In this document: piece after piece, positions 21,626 through 32,818 of the stretch
Layout of the letters: each line of letters opens with the position of its first letter
How positions within the stretch are numbered: the stretch's first letter is position 1
Assembly: GCA_032718475.1 (NCBI GenBank)
Contig: JAUCBJ010006890.1
Coordinates: 1-36,241 of the forward strand
DNA: 36,241 nucleotides
Source of the DNA: Nemertoderma westbladi
Taxonomy: Eukaryota; Animalia; Xenacoelomorpha
Reading direction: 5' to 3'
Notes under the pieces: generated by a model
Seen by the model: only the letters and a program-made list of their open reading frames with translations
What the model was told of the DNA's origin: nothing
Database searches by the model: none
Translations under genes and position numbers: made by a program

Positions 21626-23915
21626 GTGGGTGCAAACTGAGTTCCGTTACATAGGCAACAGTAAGGTGGGTGCAAACTGAGTTCCGTTACATAGGCAATA
21701 GTAAGGTGGGTGCAAACTGAGTTCCATTACATAGGCAACAGTAAGGTGGGTGCAAACTGAGTTCCGTTACATAGGCAACAGTAAGGTGGGTGCAAACTGA
21801 GTTCCATTACATAGGCAATAGTAAGGTGGGTGCAAACTGAGTTCCGTTACATAGGCAACAGTAAGGTGGGTGCAAACTGAGTTCCGTTACATAGGCAACA
21901 GTAAGGTGGGTGCAAACTGAGTTCCGTTACATAGGCAACAGTAATGTGGGTGCAAACTGAGTTCCATTACATAGGCAACAGTAAGGTGGGTGCAAACTGA
22001 GTTCCGTTACATAGGCAACGGTAAGGTGGGTGCAAACTGAGTTCCGTTACATAGGCAACAGTAAGGTGGGTGCAAACTGAGTTCCATTACATAGGCAATA
22101 GTAAGGTGGGTGCAAACTGAGTTCCATTACATAGGCAACAGTAAGGTGGGTGCAAACTGAGTTCCATTACATAGGCAACAGTAAGGTGGGTGCAAACTGA
22201 GTTCCATTACATAGGCAACAGTAAGGTGGGTGCAAACTGAGTTCCATTACATAGGCAACAGTAAGGTGGGTGCAAACTGAGTTCCATTACATAGGCAATA
22301 GTAAGGTGGGTGCAAACTGAGTTCCATTACATAAGCAACAATAAGGTGGGTGCAAATGCAAACTGAGTTCCGTTAGGCAACAGTAAGGTGGGTGCAAACT
22401 GAGTTCCGTTAGGCAACAGTAAGGTGGGTGCAAACTGAGTTCCATTACATAGGCAACAGTAAGGTGGGTGCAAACTGAGTTCCGTTACATAGGCAACGGT
22501 AAGGTGGGTGCAAACTGAGTTCCGTTACATAGGCAACAGTAAGGTGGGTGCAAACTGAGTTCCATTACATAGGCAATAGTAAGGTGGGTGCAAACTGAGT
22601 TCCATTACATAGGCAACAGTAAGGTGGGTGCAAACTGAGTTCCATTACATAGGCAACAGTAAGGTGGGTGCAAACTGAGTTCCATTACATAGGCAACAGT
22701 AAGGTGGGTGCAAACTGAGTTCCATTACATAGGCAATAGTAAGGTGGGTGCAAACTGAGTTCCATTACATAAGCAACAGTAAGGTGGGTGCAAATGCAAA
22801 CTGAGTTCCGTTAGGCAACAGTAAGGTGGGTGCAAACTGAGTTCCGTTAGGCAACAGTAAGGTGGGTGCAAACTGAGTTCCGTTAGGCAACAGTAAGGTG
22901 GGTGCAAACTGAGTTCCGTTAGGCAACAGTAAGGTGGGTGCAAACTAAGTTCCATTACATAGGCAACAGTAAGGTGGGTGCAAACTGAGTTCCATTACAT
23001 AGGCAACAGTAAGGTGGGTGCAAACTGAGTTCCGTTAGGCAACAGTAAGGTGGGTGCAAACTGAGTTCCGTTAGGCAACAGTAAGGTGGGTGCAAACTGA
23101 GTTCCATTACATAGGCAACAGTAAGGTGGGTGCAAACTGAGTTCCATTACATAGGCAACAGTAAGGTGGGTGCAAACTGAGTTCCATTACATAGGCAATA
23201 GTAAGGTGGGTGCAAACTGAGTTCCATTACATAAGCAACAGTAAGGTGGGTGCAAATGCAAACTGAGTTCCGTTAGGCAACAGTAAGGTGGGTGCAAACT
23301 GAGTTCCGTTAGGCAACAGTAAGGTGGGTGCAAACTGAGTTCCGTTAGGCAACAGTAAGGTGGGTGCAAACTGAGTTCCGTTAGGCAACAGTAAGGTGGG
23401 TGCAAACTAAGTTCCATTACATAGGCAACAGTAAGGTGGGTGCAAACTGAGTTCCATTACATAGGCAACAGTAAGGTGGGTGCAAACTGAGTTCCGTTAG
23501 GCAACAGTAAGGTGGGTGCAAACTGAGTTCCGTTAGGCAACAGTAAGGTGGGTGCAAACTGAGTTCCATTACATAGGCAACAGTAAGGTGGGTGCAAACT
23601 GAGTTCCATTACATAGGCAACAGTAAGGTGGGTGCAAACTGAGTTCCGTTAGGCAACAGTAAGGTGGGTGCAAACTGAGTTCCATTACATAGGCAACAGT
23701 AAGGTGGGTGCAAACTGAGTTCCATTACATAGGCAACAGTAAGGTGGGTGCAAACTGAGTTCCGTTAGGCAACAGTAAGGTGGGTGCAAACTGAGTTCCA
23801 TTACATAGGCAACAGTAAGGTGGGTGCAAACTGAGTTCCGTTAGGCAACAGTAAGGTAGGTGCAGACTGAGTTCCGTTAGGCAACAGTAAGGTAGGTGCA
23901 GACTGAGTTCCGTTA
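21595..23915. repeat. 40-bp (with 36- and 45-bp variants) satellite derived from the exon4/intron4 junction, roughly 60 copies
   Basis: Unit aactgagttcc(a/g)ttacataggcaacagtaaggtgggtgca; the first unit overlaps the last 31 nt of exon 4. Confidence 0.95.
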
Positions 23916-24583
23916 TGTGTCATTTAAACTTTTTCTGAGGTCTTAAAAATCGACTGCAGTTTTCCAGACTACCTCTAAGTGTAAAGTGATCAAGGGACAT
24001 CTGCTTAGATGTTGCTTATATTTCTTTCGGGTTGACACTTACATAATTTTATGTCACGTGCTGCGCGAAGGACCCACTTCAGGCATAATATGGTTAAGGT
24101 TAAGTTACAACAAATTATAGATATTGATACCAGCGCAAGCAACCCTCAACGCGTAGCCTTTTAGCTGCAAGTTGGCTCCAAAATTACAGACAAATAGACA
24201 ATGGGTGAACAACAAACAACCCCTGGTAGCCAATGAGAGAACCTGGAACTTTCGGGTATTTTTAGTAATTACAGGTAGGTAGGTTAATGTCATTTAGTAG
24301 TATTATATTATAATTGGACCAAAATGGGATGGTGTGAGTCACGTCAGTGTGTATGTAGACGTGTGTATCCTAATTATAAGTATATCAATGTGAATCCAAT
24401 AATATTGATCACTGATCACTGGGGTCAACTCCTCGCAGTCTATTATTATTAATTAATTGTGAACAAGACGAGTGAACAAGACATGTCTGGCTGGGGGGGG
24501 GGGGGGGGGGGCAGTGAAACGTGTGTGGGGGGGCAGTGCCTCCAAAGCCCCCCCCCCCCCCCCCCCGCACGATACGGGCCTGA

Positions 24584-24651
24584 AGGCAACTGTAAGGTGG
24601 TGGTTGCAAACTGAGTTCCATTACATAGGCAACAGTAAGGTGGGTGCAAAC
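24584..24651. repeat. Detached ~1.7 units of the splice-junction satellite
   Basis: aggcaactgtaaggtgg..aactgagttccattacataggcaacagtaaggtgggtgcaaac, then unique sequence. Confidence 0.9.
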
Positions 24652-25098
24652 CAACATTGTACCAGTTGGCTCACGCAGCTATTTTCGTTTGGAACTTTAA
24701 CAAATAGAATATATTATACTCGGCACATTACGAATGGATGCTATGCTACTACCCTATTTCAAATTCCATGCATATTAGTTAGAACAAATATAAAAACTTT
24801 GAGGGGTGGGGGGGGGGGGGGGGGGTTGATGGGTGTACCTCAATTATATCACCATACCATATGCCAAGACAAGGTGACGATTGTAATGTTATCGTAATGC
24901 ATTTGTTGGTGAGGGCGAAATTAACAGCCAGTGTCATTATAAAGCGGGAAGCCGTTATGGACTTACAAGTTAGTAAATTATTTCAAGACATTCATTCGTG
25001 TTCATTGTATTATATCAATAAACGTTATAATAACACACTTAAATATCATTGTTTAAATAATGCATTTATATAACACATATATAAATTATATACATAAT

Positions 25099-26550
25099 GG
25101 CCCATTCTCACCAAAATTGGCCAAACGGTTGTCCGATGACACAACTTCTGTTTATGGCGGTTCTAGAAAGTGGTTGTTCCAGTAAACCAACCTACCGTTA
25201 GAAAGCTGGATAAATGGAGATTCGTTTTCAGCAGTATTTGTATTAATGTATACATACACTGTAGTTGGTGTCGTACAGCTGCGTTTAACATCGTGTCCGA
25301 CACTTTTCTGATTTTTATGTCCTACCCTGTACAGATTATTTACAGACAATAATCAATCACTGTGTCCGGCCTTGTAGCTGTAATGGTGTCCGCCACTGGT
25401 AATGTATGGCTCTGGGGGCTCTGGGATCACGTTCACTATGTAATACAAGCTTGCCAGCGAGGCTGGCAATATGGACGGATCCATTGCTATCAATATTATT
25501 GTTGTAATAAATTACGCGCCTATATGCAGGGAAGCCTAATAACGCAAAACGAAACATTGAGCAAAGTACCGTCTGTACAATACAATTATTATTTTTTTGT
25601 TTGTTGTAATGAATTAAGCGCATACTGTAAGCAGGACAGCCTAATAAGTAATATCGAATGAGAACCCAATAGTTGTCAATATGGACGTGGAGCAGACAAC
25701 TCTCTCAATTACACTGCTACAGTACTTACATGTACCTCCACACTGAAGCTCCAATAGGATGTAGTCTAGGCAACGATATTCTGGGATTAACTAATCCAAT
25801 TTTCTGGGATTGGCTATAGCCTTTATGATAATAGTATAATTAGTATAATATTGTAGGGCCTATGTTAAAAAAACACTGTTTGTTAGAAATGTATCTTCTC
25901 CTACAATTCTAAACGGAATAAAGCGAAATTTTGCATAAAGCATGTCCAATAGATGCTAACAGAATTTTGATTGAGTGAATTCTACGATTATGATCGGTCA
26001 TTCTAGAATTAATTTCACTGTTACTAGGCAACCAACAGGTCCCTCGCAACCAAAACCTTTCATACACAACTAGGTCCGATAATGAACCTATCATCAAAAT
26101 TTTATCCAATTCCATCAACATTAAGTGCAAGAAGTTGTGTGTACAAACAAACAAACAAACAAACACGCGTGAGAAATAAGGACATCCACTTCTTGGATCC
26201 GTCCAATATGTTTAATATAATAAATGTATATCTTTCGCTATTCAAATTATACTAATAGGCGTGGATTATTATACATTTGCCTAGAAATGTACGCATTACA
26301 AGCCGGACAAATCATTTCATGGCGCGGACACAATGATCTATTTACCTAGAAATGTTATGCATTACTGGCCGGACAAATCATTACAGGGAAGGACTCGTTT
26401 TAAATGCAAAATCAATTTTTTCAACGCCGCAAAAGTGTTTGTCCATGTCCATGGTCCCTGTGAAATTCCTGACATCAAGAGAGTTCAAAAAATATATGGG
26501 TTTTTGGAAAAATGAACATCCGTTTTGGCCAATTTTGGTGAGAATGGGCC
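25099..26550. mobile_element. Non-autonomous TIR element (1452 bp) with 4-bp TAAT TSD; superfamily uncertain
   Basis: TIR ggcccattctcaccaaaattggccaaa / tttggccaattttggtgagaatgggcc. TAAT at 25095-25098 and 26551-26554. No transposase ORF. Confidence 0.8.
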
Positions 26551-28352
26551 TAATACATAGATCTTCTTATAAAATATTATATATTATTCATTTATCCTTT
26601 ATTTATGTCGTTGCAGTTAATCCACACCGTTGATTACATTTCATCATCAATTGGCTATGTAGGCCTAGGGTTTATATAAAATACATAATAATTCATACAA
26701 TGTTATTCCATAAATAGTTTTATAATATATAGTTATACCATAATTAGTATTTCTCGTTATTTCGCCCTGATCTGTTACTATAGCTATCGGTGTTTATTAT
26801 AAAGTACTACCGGTACTGTAATCTTCGTTATCTTCGTGTTGTCTTCCTGTCTGTAAAACAGTTTGTATTGGCGGATCTTTGTTCTCTATTTGCCAGATCT
26901 CCTAGGAAACGTCTAGTAACATTGGAGGGCGGTCAGCTCAGTCTTACCCTTTGCTAGTATTGGCTGAATCTTTATCGTCTCCCAGGTGATGCCACGTGGT
27001 CATCCATCAGGTATGACAGGTATTCTTTGAATGTCTCTTCCGGTAACGGTCGGTCTACCTGTCGGTCGTTTTGTTGGATTCGTCAACTGTCGGTTATTTT
27101 GTCGGTCTTCTAGTATGCACGCCTCCTTTTCCTATTTTATAATATTGTTTAATTTTGTTTTTTCTTGATATGATTAGTAAATGCCGTAAAGAGGTTTGTA
27201 TTAATTAACATTGATTTCACTTGGAATTCGGGTTATTTTGCACAGAAACAAAATTACTAAAGAGTCTATAACAATATTCTTGAACATTTTATTTTTATAT
27301 TATATGCAATTATATTGTATGATATTGCTTTTAAATGTTTTTATAGTTTTATGTAATAAAAGCCTTGTGTAAAAAGCACAATTAATGAATATAAATACGC
27401 AATGTTTCCACAAATGAGAAAACTATATATTTTCATCTCTGCAACTCGTTACGTTATGGCACTAACTAGGGATGTCCCGGAATCGATATTTTGATTCCGG
27501 CCGGAACCGGAACCGGAATTCAACATGCCGGAATATTCCGGCCGGAATTCCGGCCGGAACCGGAATTTCTATAATTATTGAAATACAATAAATGACCCAT
27601 GAAACTTTATAATTTTTTGTGAAACAGATGAATTTTTTAATTTCTACAGCTTAGTTTGTTAATGAGATGTCTAGAACCTTAGGGGGAATTAATGTGGGTG
27701 GAGTGTAGAATGGCCTGGCCCGTTATGGCCGTTTATGGGGACGGGATGGTACTTCGGCATTATTCAATATCATTTTTTTTCTAATATCAATAACCTTGGC
27801 CAAAAGTTAGGTTTTTAGCATTTAGACTCATATATACCTAAAAACCTACGTTTAACAAAAACTTATGGTTTCGCGTCATTAGGTCCTTTGGTGCAATATT
27901 CTGGTGTCTTTAAGGGAAAGGAGCATGTTACAGAGACATGTTATTCGAACCAAAACAATAAACGAGGCCACTAGTACATGTTACAGTTTAATTGTTGCTG
28001 GGAATAAATAGATTTATGGTAAGAAATGGATTTGCTGTAAATAGAAACAAAACTACTATATTATGCAGCACCTACGACGCAGAACTGAACTAACGACCAC
28101 TCGCAGGACCTGTACGTATTGTAATAACGTTTTATATTTATATTAGTTTTAGGTTAAAGTAGTAATAATTGTAATTATGTTAATCGTTAATCGAGTTTCA
28201 TTGCTAACTTTACAATGTTAGCAATTTATTTAGCCTCCTGTAATTATAATATTATTTAATAATTAATTCAATGTCAAATAATGTAAAATCAATCTAAAAA
28301 ACGCCATTTTATAAGCAAATTGTAATAATTAAATTGGAAAAACCACCCGCTA

Positions 28353-28699
28353 AGGCCCGTGCTCCACTGGTAAGTCTTATGTAGTCTTAGTCAGAATTAA
28401 TTATGGAAAACATTGGTTTCAATGGGAGCATCTCCTCTGGTAAATCGTAAGTTACGCCTATGAGTCGCAAGTGATTATATCCCATGTTCCATCTTTTGAC
28501 ATATGAATCATGTGTTATATCCGTCAAGATGCCTGTGATTGGTTACTTTGCGTATAAATATGCAGTAAATGTGAGACGAATCTTATATTTTCTATCAAAT
28601 GACTTATGACTTGTGTTACCTATGGAGCAAGGAGGCATTCATTTTGAGATTCTGACTAAGACAAAATCTGAAAACGACTTACCAGTGGAGCACGGGCCT
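28353..28699. mobile_element. 347-bp MITE with 3-bp TSD (PIF/Harbinger-like) nested in the hAT element
   Basis: Perfect 24-bp TIR aggcccgtgctccactggtaagtc / gacttaccagtggagcacgggcct. CTA on both flanks. Confidence 0.8.
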
Positions 28700-28955
28700 C
28701 TAATGATGCATTTCATAAAATATCTTCAGAACGACAAAGGGTTTAATTAGTTAATGTAAATTACGATGGTTATTGTGAATTGTATATGAATACTACAGTA
28801 GGTGGTGTAACATATGGTGGGACCACTTTAGTTTGATTACCAGGTGAATTTTTTTTGGAAATGTGTTACATATACCCATCAAGACTGCATTCACTTTAAT
28901 AAACAGGGTGGCTGAGAATTTTACCTCGTTAGATAGGTTAGTTAGGTTCCACCTT

Positions 28956-29100
28956 GGTGTATACGTATATAGTGGTTGCATTGATTTCCAATCTATCTGG
29001 GGGTCGTGGGTACGATCCCTGCATGTGGGCCAAGACAGTTTTCGATTCGGCACGAATGGTTTAAAGGGGCTAACCAGGGGGCATCTATGCCTTTCATCCT
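28956..29100 (+). mobile_element. Possible degenerate tRNA-derived SINE
   Basis: A-box-like tagtggtt, anticodon-arm-like gatttccaatc, B-box-like gggtacgatccc (29008-29019). No full cloverleaf. Confidence 0.35.
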
Positions 29101-29552
29101 TAAATGTTAGCCCTAACGGTCGACGAAAACTTTATTTCTATACTTGTTTACAAGTGTTGAAAAGTATCTTAAACTAATTGGTAATAATGTTTAAAAAATA
29201 TACAAATGTTAATAATAATTTAACAAACTAATTGCATCAAACTAGATATGAACCTTGCAATTCCGGTAAAATTCCGGCCGGAATTGACCCCATTCCGGCA
29301 ATTCCGGCCGGAACCGGAATCGGGCAAAAACCGCCGGAATTCCGGCCGGAACGGAATTCCGGGACATCCCTAGCACTAACTAACTATTAAAAACTACTTG
29401 AAAAATTGTGTTTTAAACCCACAACACCAATTTACTTTCTATTTTAATTTATATCCGAATATTTTTAACTTTTCATCTTTGCGTGCAGCGGTCAATAAAT
29501 TGAGCGGATAAATGTAAAATAACCTTAATTCCATGTGGGGGCACCTCGGACA

Positions 29553-32292
29553 ACCCGGACCACCATGGGTTCGGTACAGCACCGGTTGGTACGATCGGAC
29601 AACCATGGGTTCGGACCAGCGCCGGTTGGTACGATCGGACCAGCACCGGTTGGTACGATCGGACCAGCACCGGTTGGTACGATCGGACAACCATGGGTTC
29701 GGACCAGCGCCGGTTGGTACGATCGGACCAGCACCGGTTGGTACGATCGGACCAGCACCGGTTGGTACGATCGGACCAGCACCGGTTGGTTCCATCGGAA
29801 CAGCACCGGTTGGTACGATCGGACCAGCACCGGTTGGTACGATCGGACCAGCACCGGTTGGTTCCATCGGAACAGCACCGGTTGGTACGATCGGACCAGC
29901 ACCGGTTGGTACGATCGGACCAGCACCGGTTGGTACGATCGGACCAGCACCGGTTGGTTCCATCGGAACAGCACCGGTTGGTACGATCGGACCAGCACCG
30001 GTTGGTACGATCGGGCCACCTCGGACAACCATGGGTTCGGAACAGCGCCGGTTGGTACGATCGGACCAGCAGCGGTTGGTACGATCGGACCAGCACCGGT
30101 TGGTTCCATCGGAACAGCACCGGTTGGTACGATCGGACCAGCACCGGTTGGTACGATCGGACCAGCACCGGTTGGTTCGATCGAGCCAGCACCGGTTGGT
30201 ACGATCGGACCAGCACCGGTTGGTACGATCGAGCCAGCACCGGTTGGTACGATCGGACCAGCACCGGTTGGTGCGATCGGTGGTGCGATCGGACCAGCAC
30301 CGGTTGGTGCGATCGGACCAGCACCGGTTGGTGCGATCGGACCAGCACCGGTTGGTACGATCGGACCAGCACCGGTTGGTACGATCGGACCAGCACCGGT
30401 TGGTACGATCGGACCAGCACCGGTTGGTACGATCGGACCAGCACCGGTTGGTACGATCGGAACAGCACCGGTTGGTACGATCGGACCAGCACCGGTTGTT
30501 ACGATCGGACCAGCACCGGTTGGTTCGATCGGAACAGCACCGGTTGGTACGATCGGACCAGCACCGGTTGGTTCGATCGGAACAGCACCGGTTGGTACGA
30601 TCGGACCAGCAACGGTTGTTACGATCGGACCAGCACCGGTTGGTTCGATCGGAACAGCACCGGTTGGTACGATCGGACCAGCACCGGTTGGTACGATCGA
30701 GCCAGCACCGGTTGGTGCGATCGAACCAGCACCGGTTGGTGCGATCGGACCAGCACCGGTTGGTTCCATCGGAACAGCACCGGTTGGTACGATCGGACCA
30801 GCACCGGTTGGTACGATCGGACCAGCACCGGTTGGTACGATCGGACCAGCTCCGGTTGGTACGATCGGACCAGCACCGGTTGGTTCGATCGGACCAGCAC
30901 CGGTTGGTACGATCGGACCAGCACCGGTTGGTACGATTGAGCCAGCACCGGTTGGTGCGATCGGACCAGCACCGGTTGGTACGATCGAGCCAGCACCGGT
31001 TGGTGCGATCGGACCAGCACCGGTTGGTACGATCGAGCCAGCACCGGTTGGTTCGATCGGAACAGCACCGGTTGGTACGATCGGACCAGCACCGGTTGGT
31101 ACGATCGGACCAGCACCGGTTGTTACGATCGGACCAGCTCCGGTTGGTTCGATCGGAACAGCACCGGTTGGTACGATCGGACCAGAACCGGTTGGTACGA
31201 TCGGACCAGCACCGGTTGGTACGATCGGACCAACACCGGTTGGTGCGATCGGACCAGCACCGGTTGGTACGATCGAGCCAGCACCGGTTGGTGCGATCGG
31301 ACCAGCAACGGTTGGTACGATCGGACCAGCACCGGTTGGTACGATCGGACCAGCACCGGTTGGTACGATCGGACCAGCACCGGTTGGTTCGATCGAAACA
31401 GCGCCGGTTGGTACGATCGGACCAGCGCCGGTTGGTACGATCGAGTCAGCACCGGTTGGTACGATCGGACCAGCACCGGTTGGTTCGATCGGACCAGCAC
31501 CGGTTGGTGCGATCGGACCAGCACCGGTTGGTGCGATCGGACCAGCAACGGTTGGTACGATCGGACCAGCACCGGTTGGTGCGATCGGACCAGCACCGGT
31601 TGGTACGATCGAGTCAGCACCGGTTGGTGCGATCGGACAAGCACCGGTTGGTTCGATCGGACCAGCACCGGTTGGTACGATCGAGCCAGCACCGGTTGGT
31701 ACGATCGGACCAGCACCGGTTGATTCGATCGGACCAGCACCGGTTGGTGCGATCGGACCAGCACCGGTTGGTGCGATCGGACCAGCAACGGTTGGTACGA
31801 TCGAGCCAGCACCGGTTGGTGCGATCGGACCAGCACCGGTTGGTACGATCGAGCCAGCACCGGTTGGTGCGATCGGACCAGCACCGGTTGGTTCGATCGG
31901 ACCAGCACCGGTTGGTACGATCGAGCCAGCACCGGTTGGTGCGATCGGACCAGCACCGGTTGGTTCGATCGGACCAGCACCGGTTGGTACGATCGAGCCA
32001 GCACCGGTTGGTACGATCGGACCAGCACCGGTTGGTTCGATCGGACCAGCACCGGTTGGTGCGATCGGACCAGCACCGGTTGGTACGATCGGACCAGCAG
32101 CACCGGTTGGTTCGATCGGACCAGCACCGGTTGGTGCGATCGGACCAGCACCGGTTGGTACGATCGGACCAGCACCGGTTGGTACGATCGGACCAGCACC
32201 GGTTGGTGCGATCGGACCAGCACCGGTTGGTGCGATCGGACCAGCACCGGTTGGTACGATCGGACCAGCACCAGTTGGTACGATCGGACCAC
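29553..32292. repeat. 24-bp GC-rich satellite (gatcggaccagcaccggttggtac), ~110 copies, ending ~40 bp upstream of the exon 5 acceptor
   Basis: Directly visible tandem array; the unit contains ACCGGT, CGATCG and GTAC palindromes. Confidence 0.95.
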
Positions 32293-32333
32293 CGCGGGCA
32301 GCTGTTCTACGAATTTGTCTATTTTTGTTTCAG

Positions 32334-32469
32334 GTTGAAGTTAAGATAGCCGAGCCTAGGGAACCCAAGCACTACTCGCAGGATGCAGAGGACCGCCCCC
32401 CAGCGGGCGCTGGGGCAGCACCCCCCTGGGGGGGTTGGCAGCAGCCCCAACAGCAATGGGGTGCCGCAG
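32334..32469 (+). CDS. hnRNP D/AB/squid-like, exon 5 (VEVKIAEPREPKHYSQ..PPWGGWQQPQQQWGAA)
   Basis: Strong acceptor tatttttgtttcag|. Completes RRM2 beta4. Donor CAG|gttagc, phase 1. Confidence 0.88.
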
Positions 32470-32818
32470 GTTAGCCCAGTCGCTTATATTTTTTTCTTGT
32501 TTGATTTTTTTTAAATACTGTATAACACATTTACGTTTATATTTTTGTATGATATTCATTTTATAATTTTAATAAATTTTAGACGCAAATCCCATCTAGG
32601 CGAGATAATAATGGTAATCATCAATTAACGCAAAGCAGCTGTTTATATGAGTAGTGACATGTTATTCTAACCAAAACAATAAACGAGATTAAATGGCAGT
32701 TTGCTACATTTTCATTCTTGCTCGTATTAAAATGTTAGTTCAGTCCATGGTACTAACTATGTTTATAACGTATCATTACTTTTATATATTATATGAATTT
32801 TTAATTGTGGCTATTTAG

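Larger units (their letters stand above)
27467..29372. mobile_element. Non-autonomous hAT-type element (1906 bp)
   Basis: TIR tagggatgtcccggaat / attccgggacatcccta. 8-bp TSD GCACTAAC at 27459-27466 and 29373-29380. Clustered CCGGAA/TTCCGG subterminal motifs at both ends. Confidence 0.88.

Noticed and set aside
22725-23417. Duplicated 76-aa Cys-rich ORFs (ELSLHPPYCCLT repeats)
   Set aside because: Antisense translation of 36-bp satellite units.
22372-23885. TTAGGC (nematode-type telomere word) in the 36-bp units
   Set aside because: Created by a 4-bp deletion within the unit and never tandem; not telomeric.
21595-23915. CRISPR array
   Set aside because: Units are head-to-tail with no unique spacers, there are no cas genes, the context is a eukaryotic intron, and the unit derives from the adjacent exon.
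28956-29030. Functional tRNA gene
   Set aside because: Imperfect B box and no pairing acceptor stem; at most a SINE head.
29439-32474. Long ORFs (up to 979 aa) as real standalone genes
   Set aside because: Several frames on both strands are open because the 24-bp unit lacks stop codons; no synonymous bias. Only the last ~140 nt (exon 5) is supported as coding.
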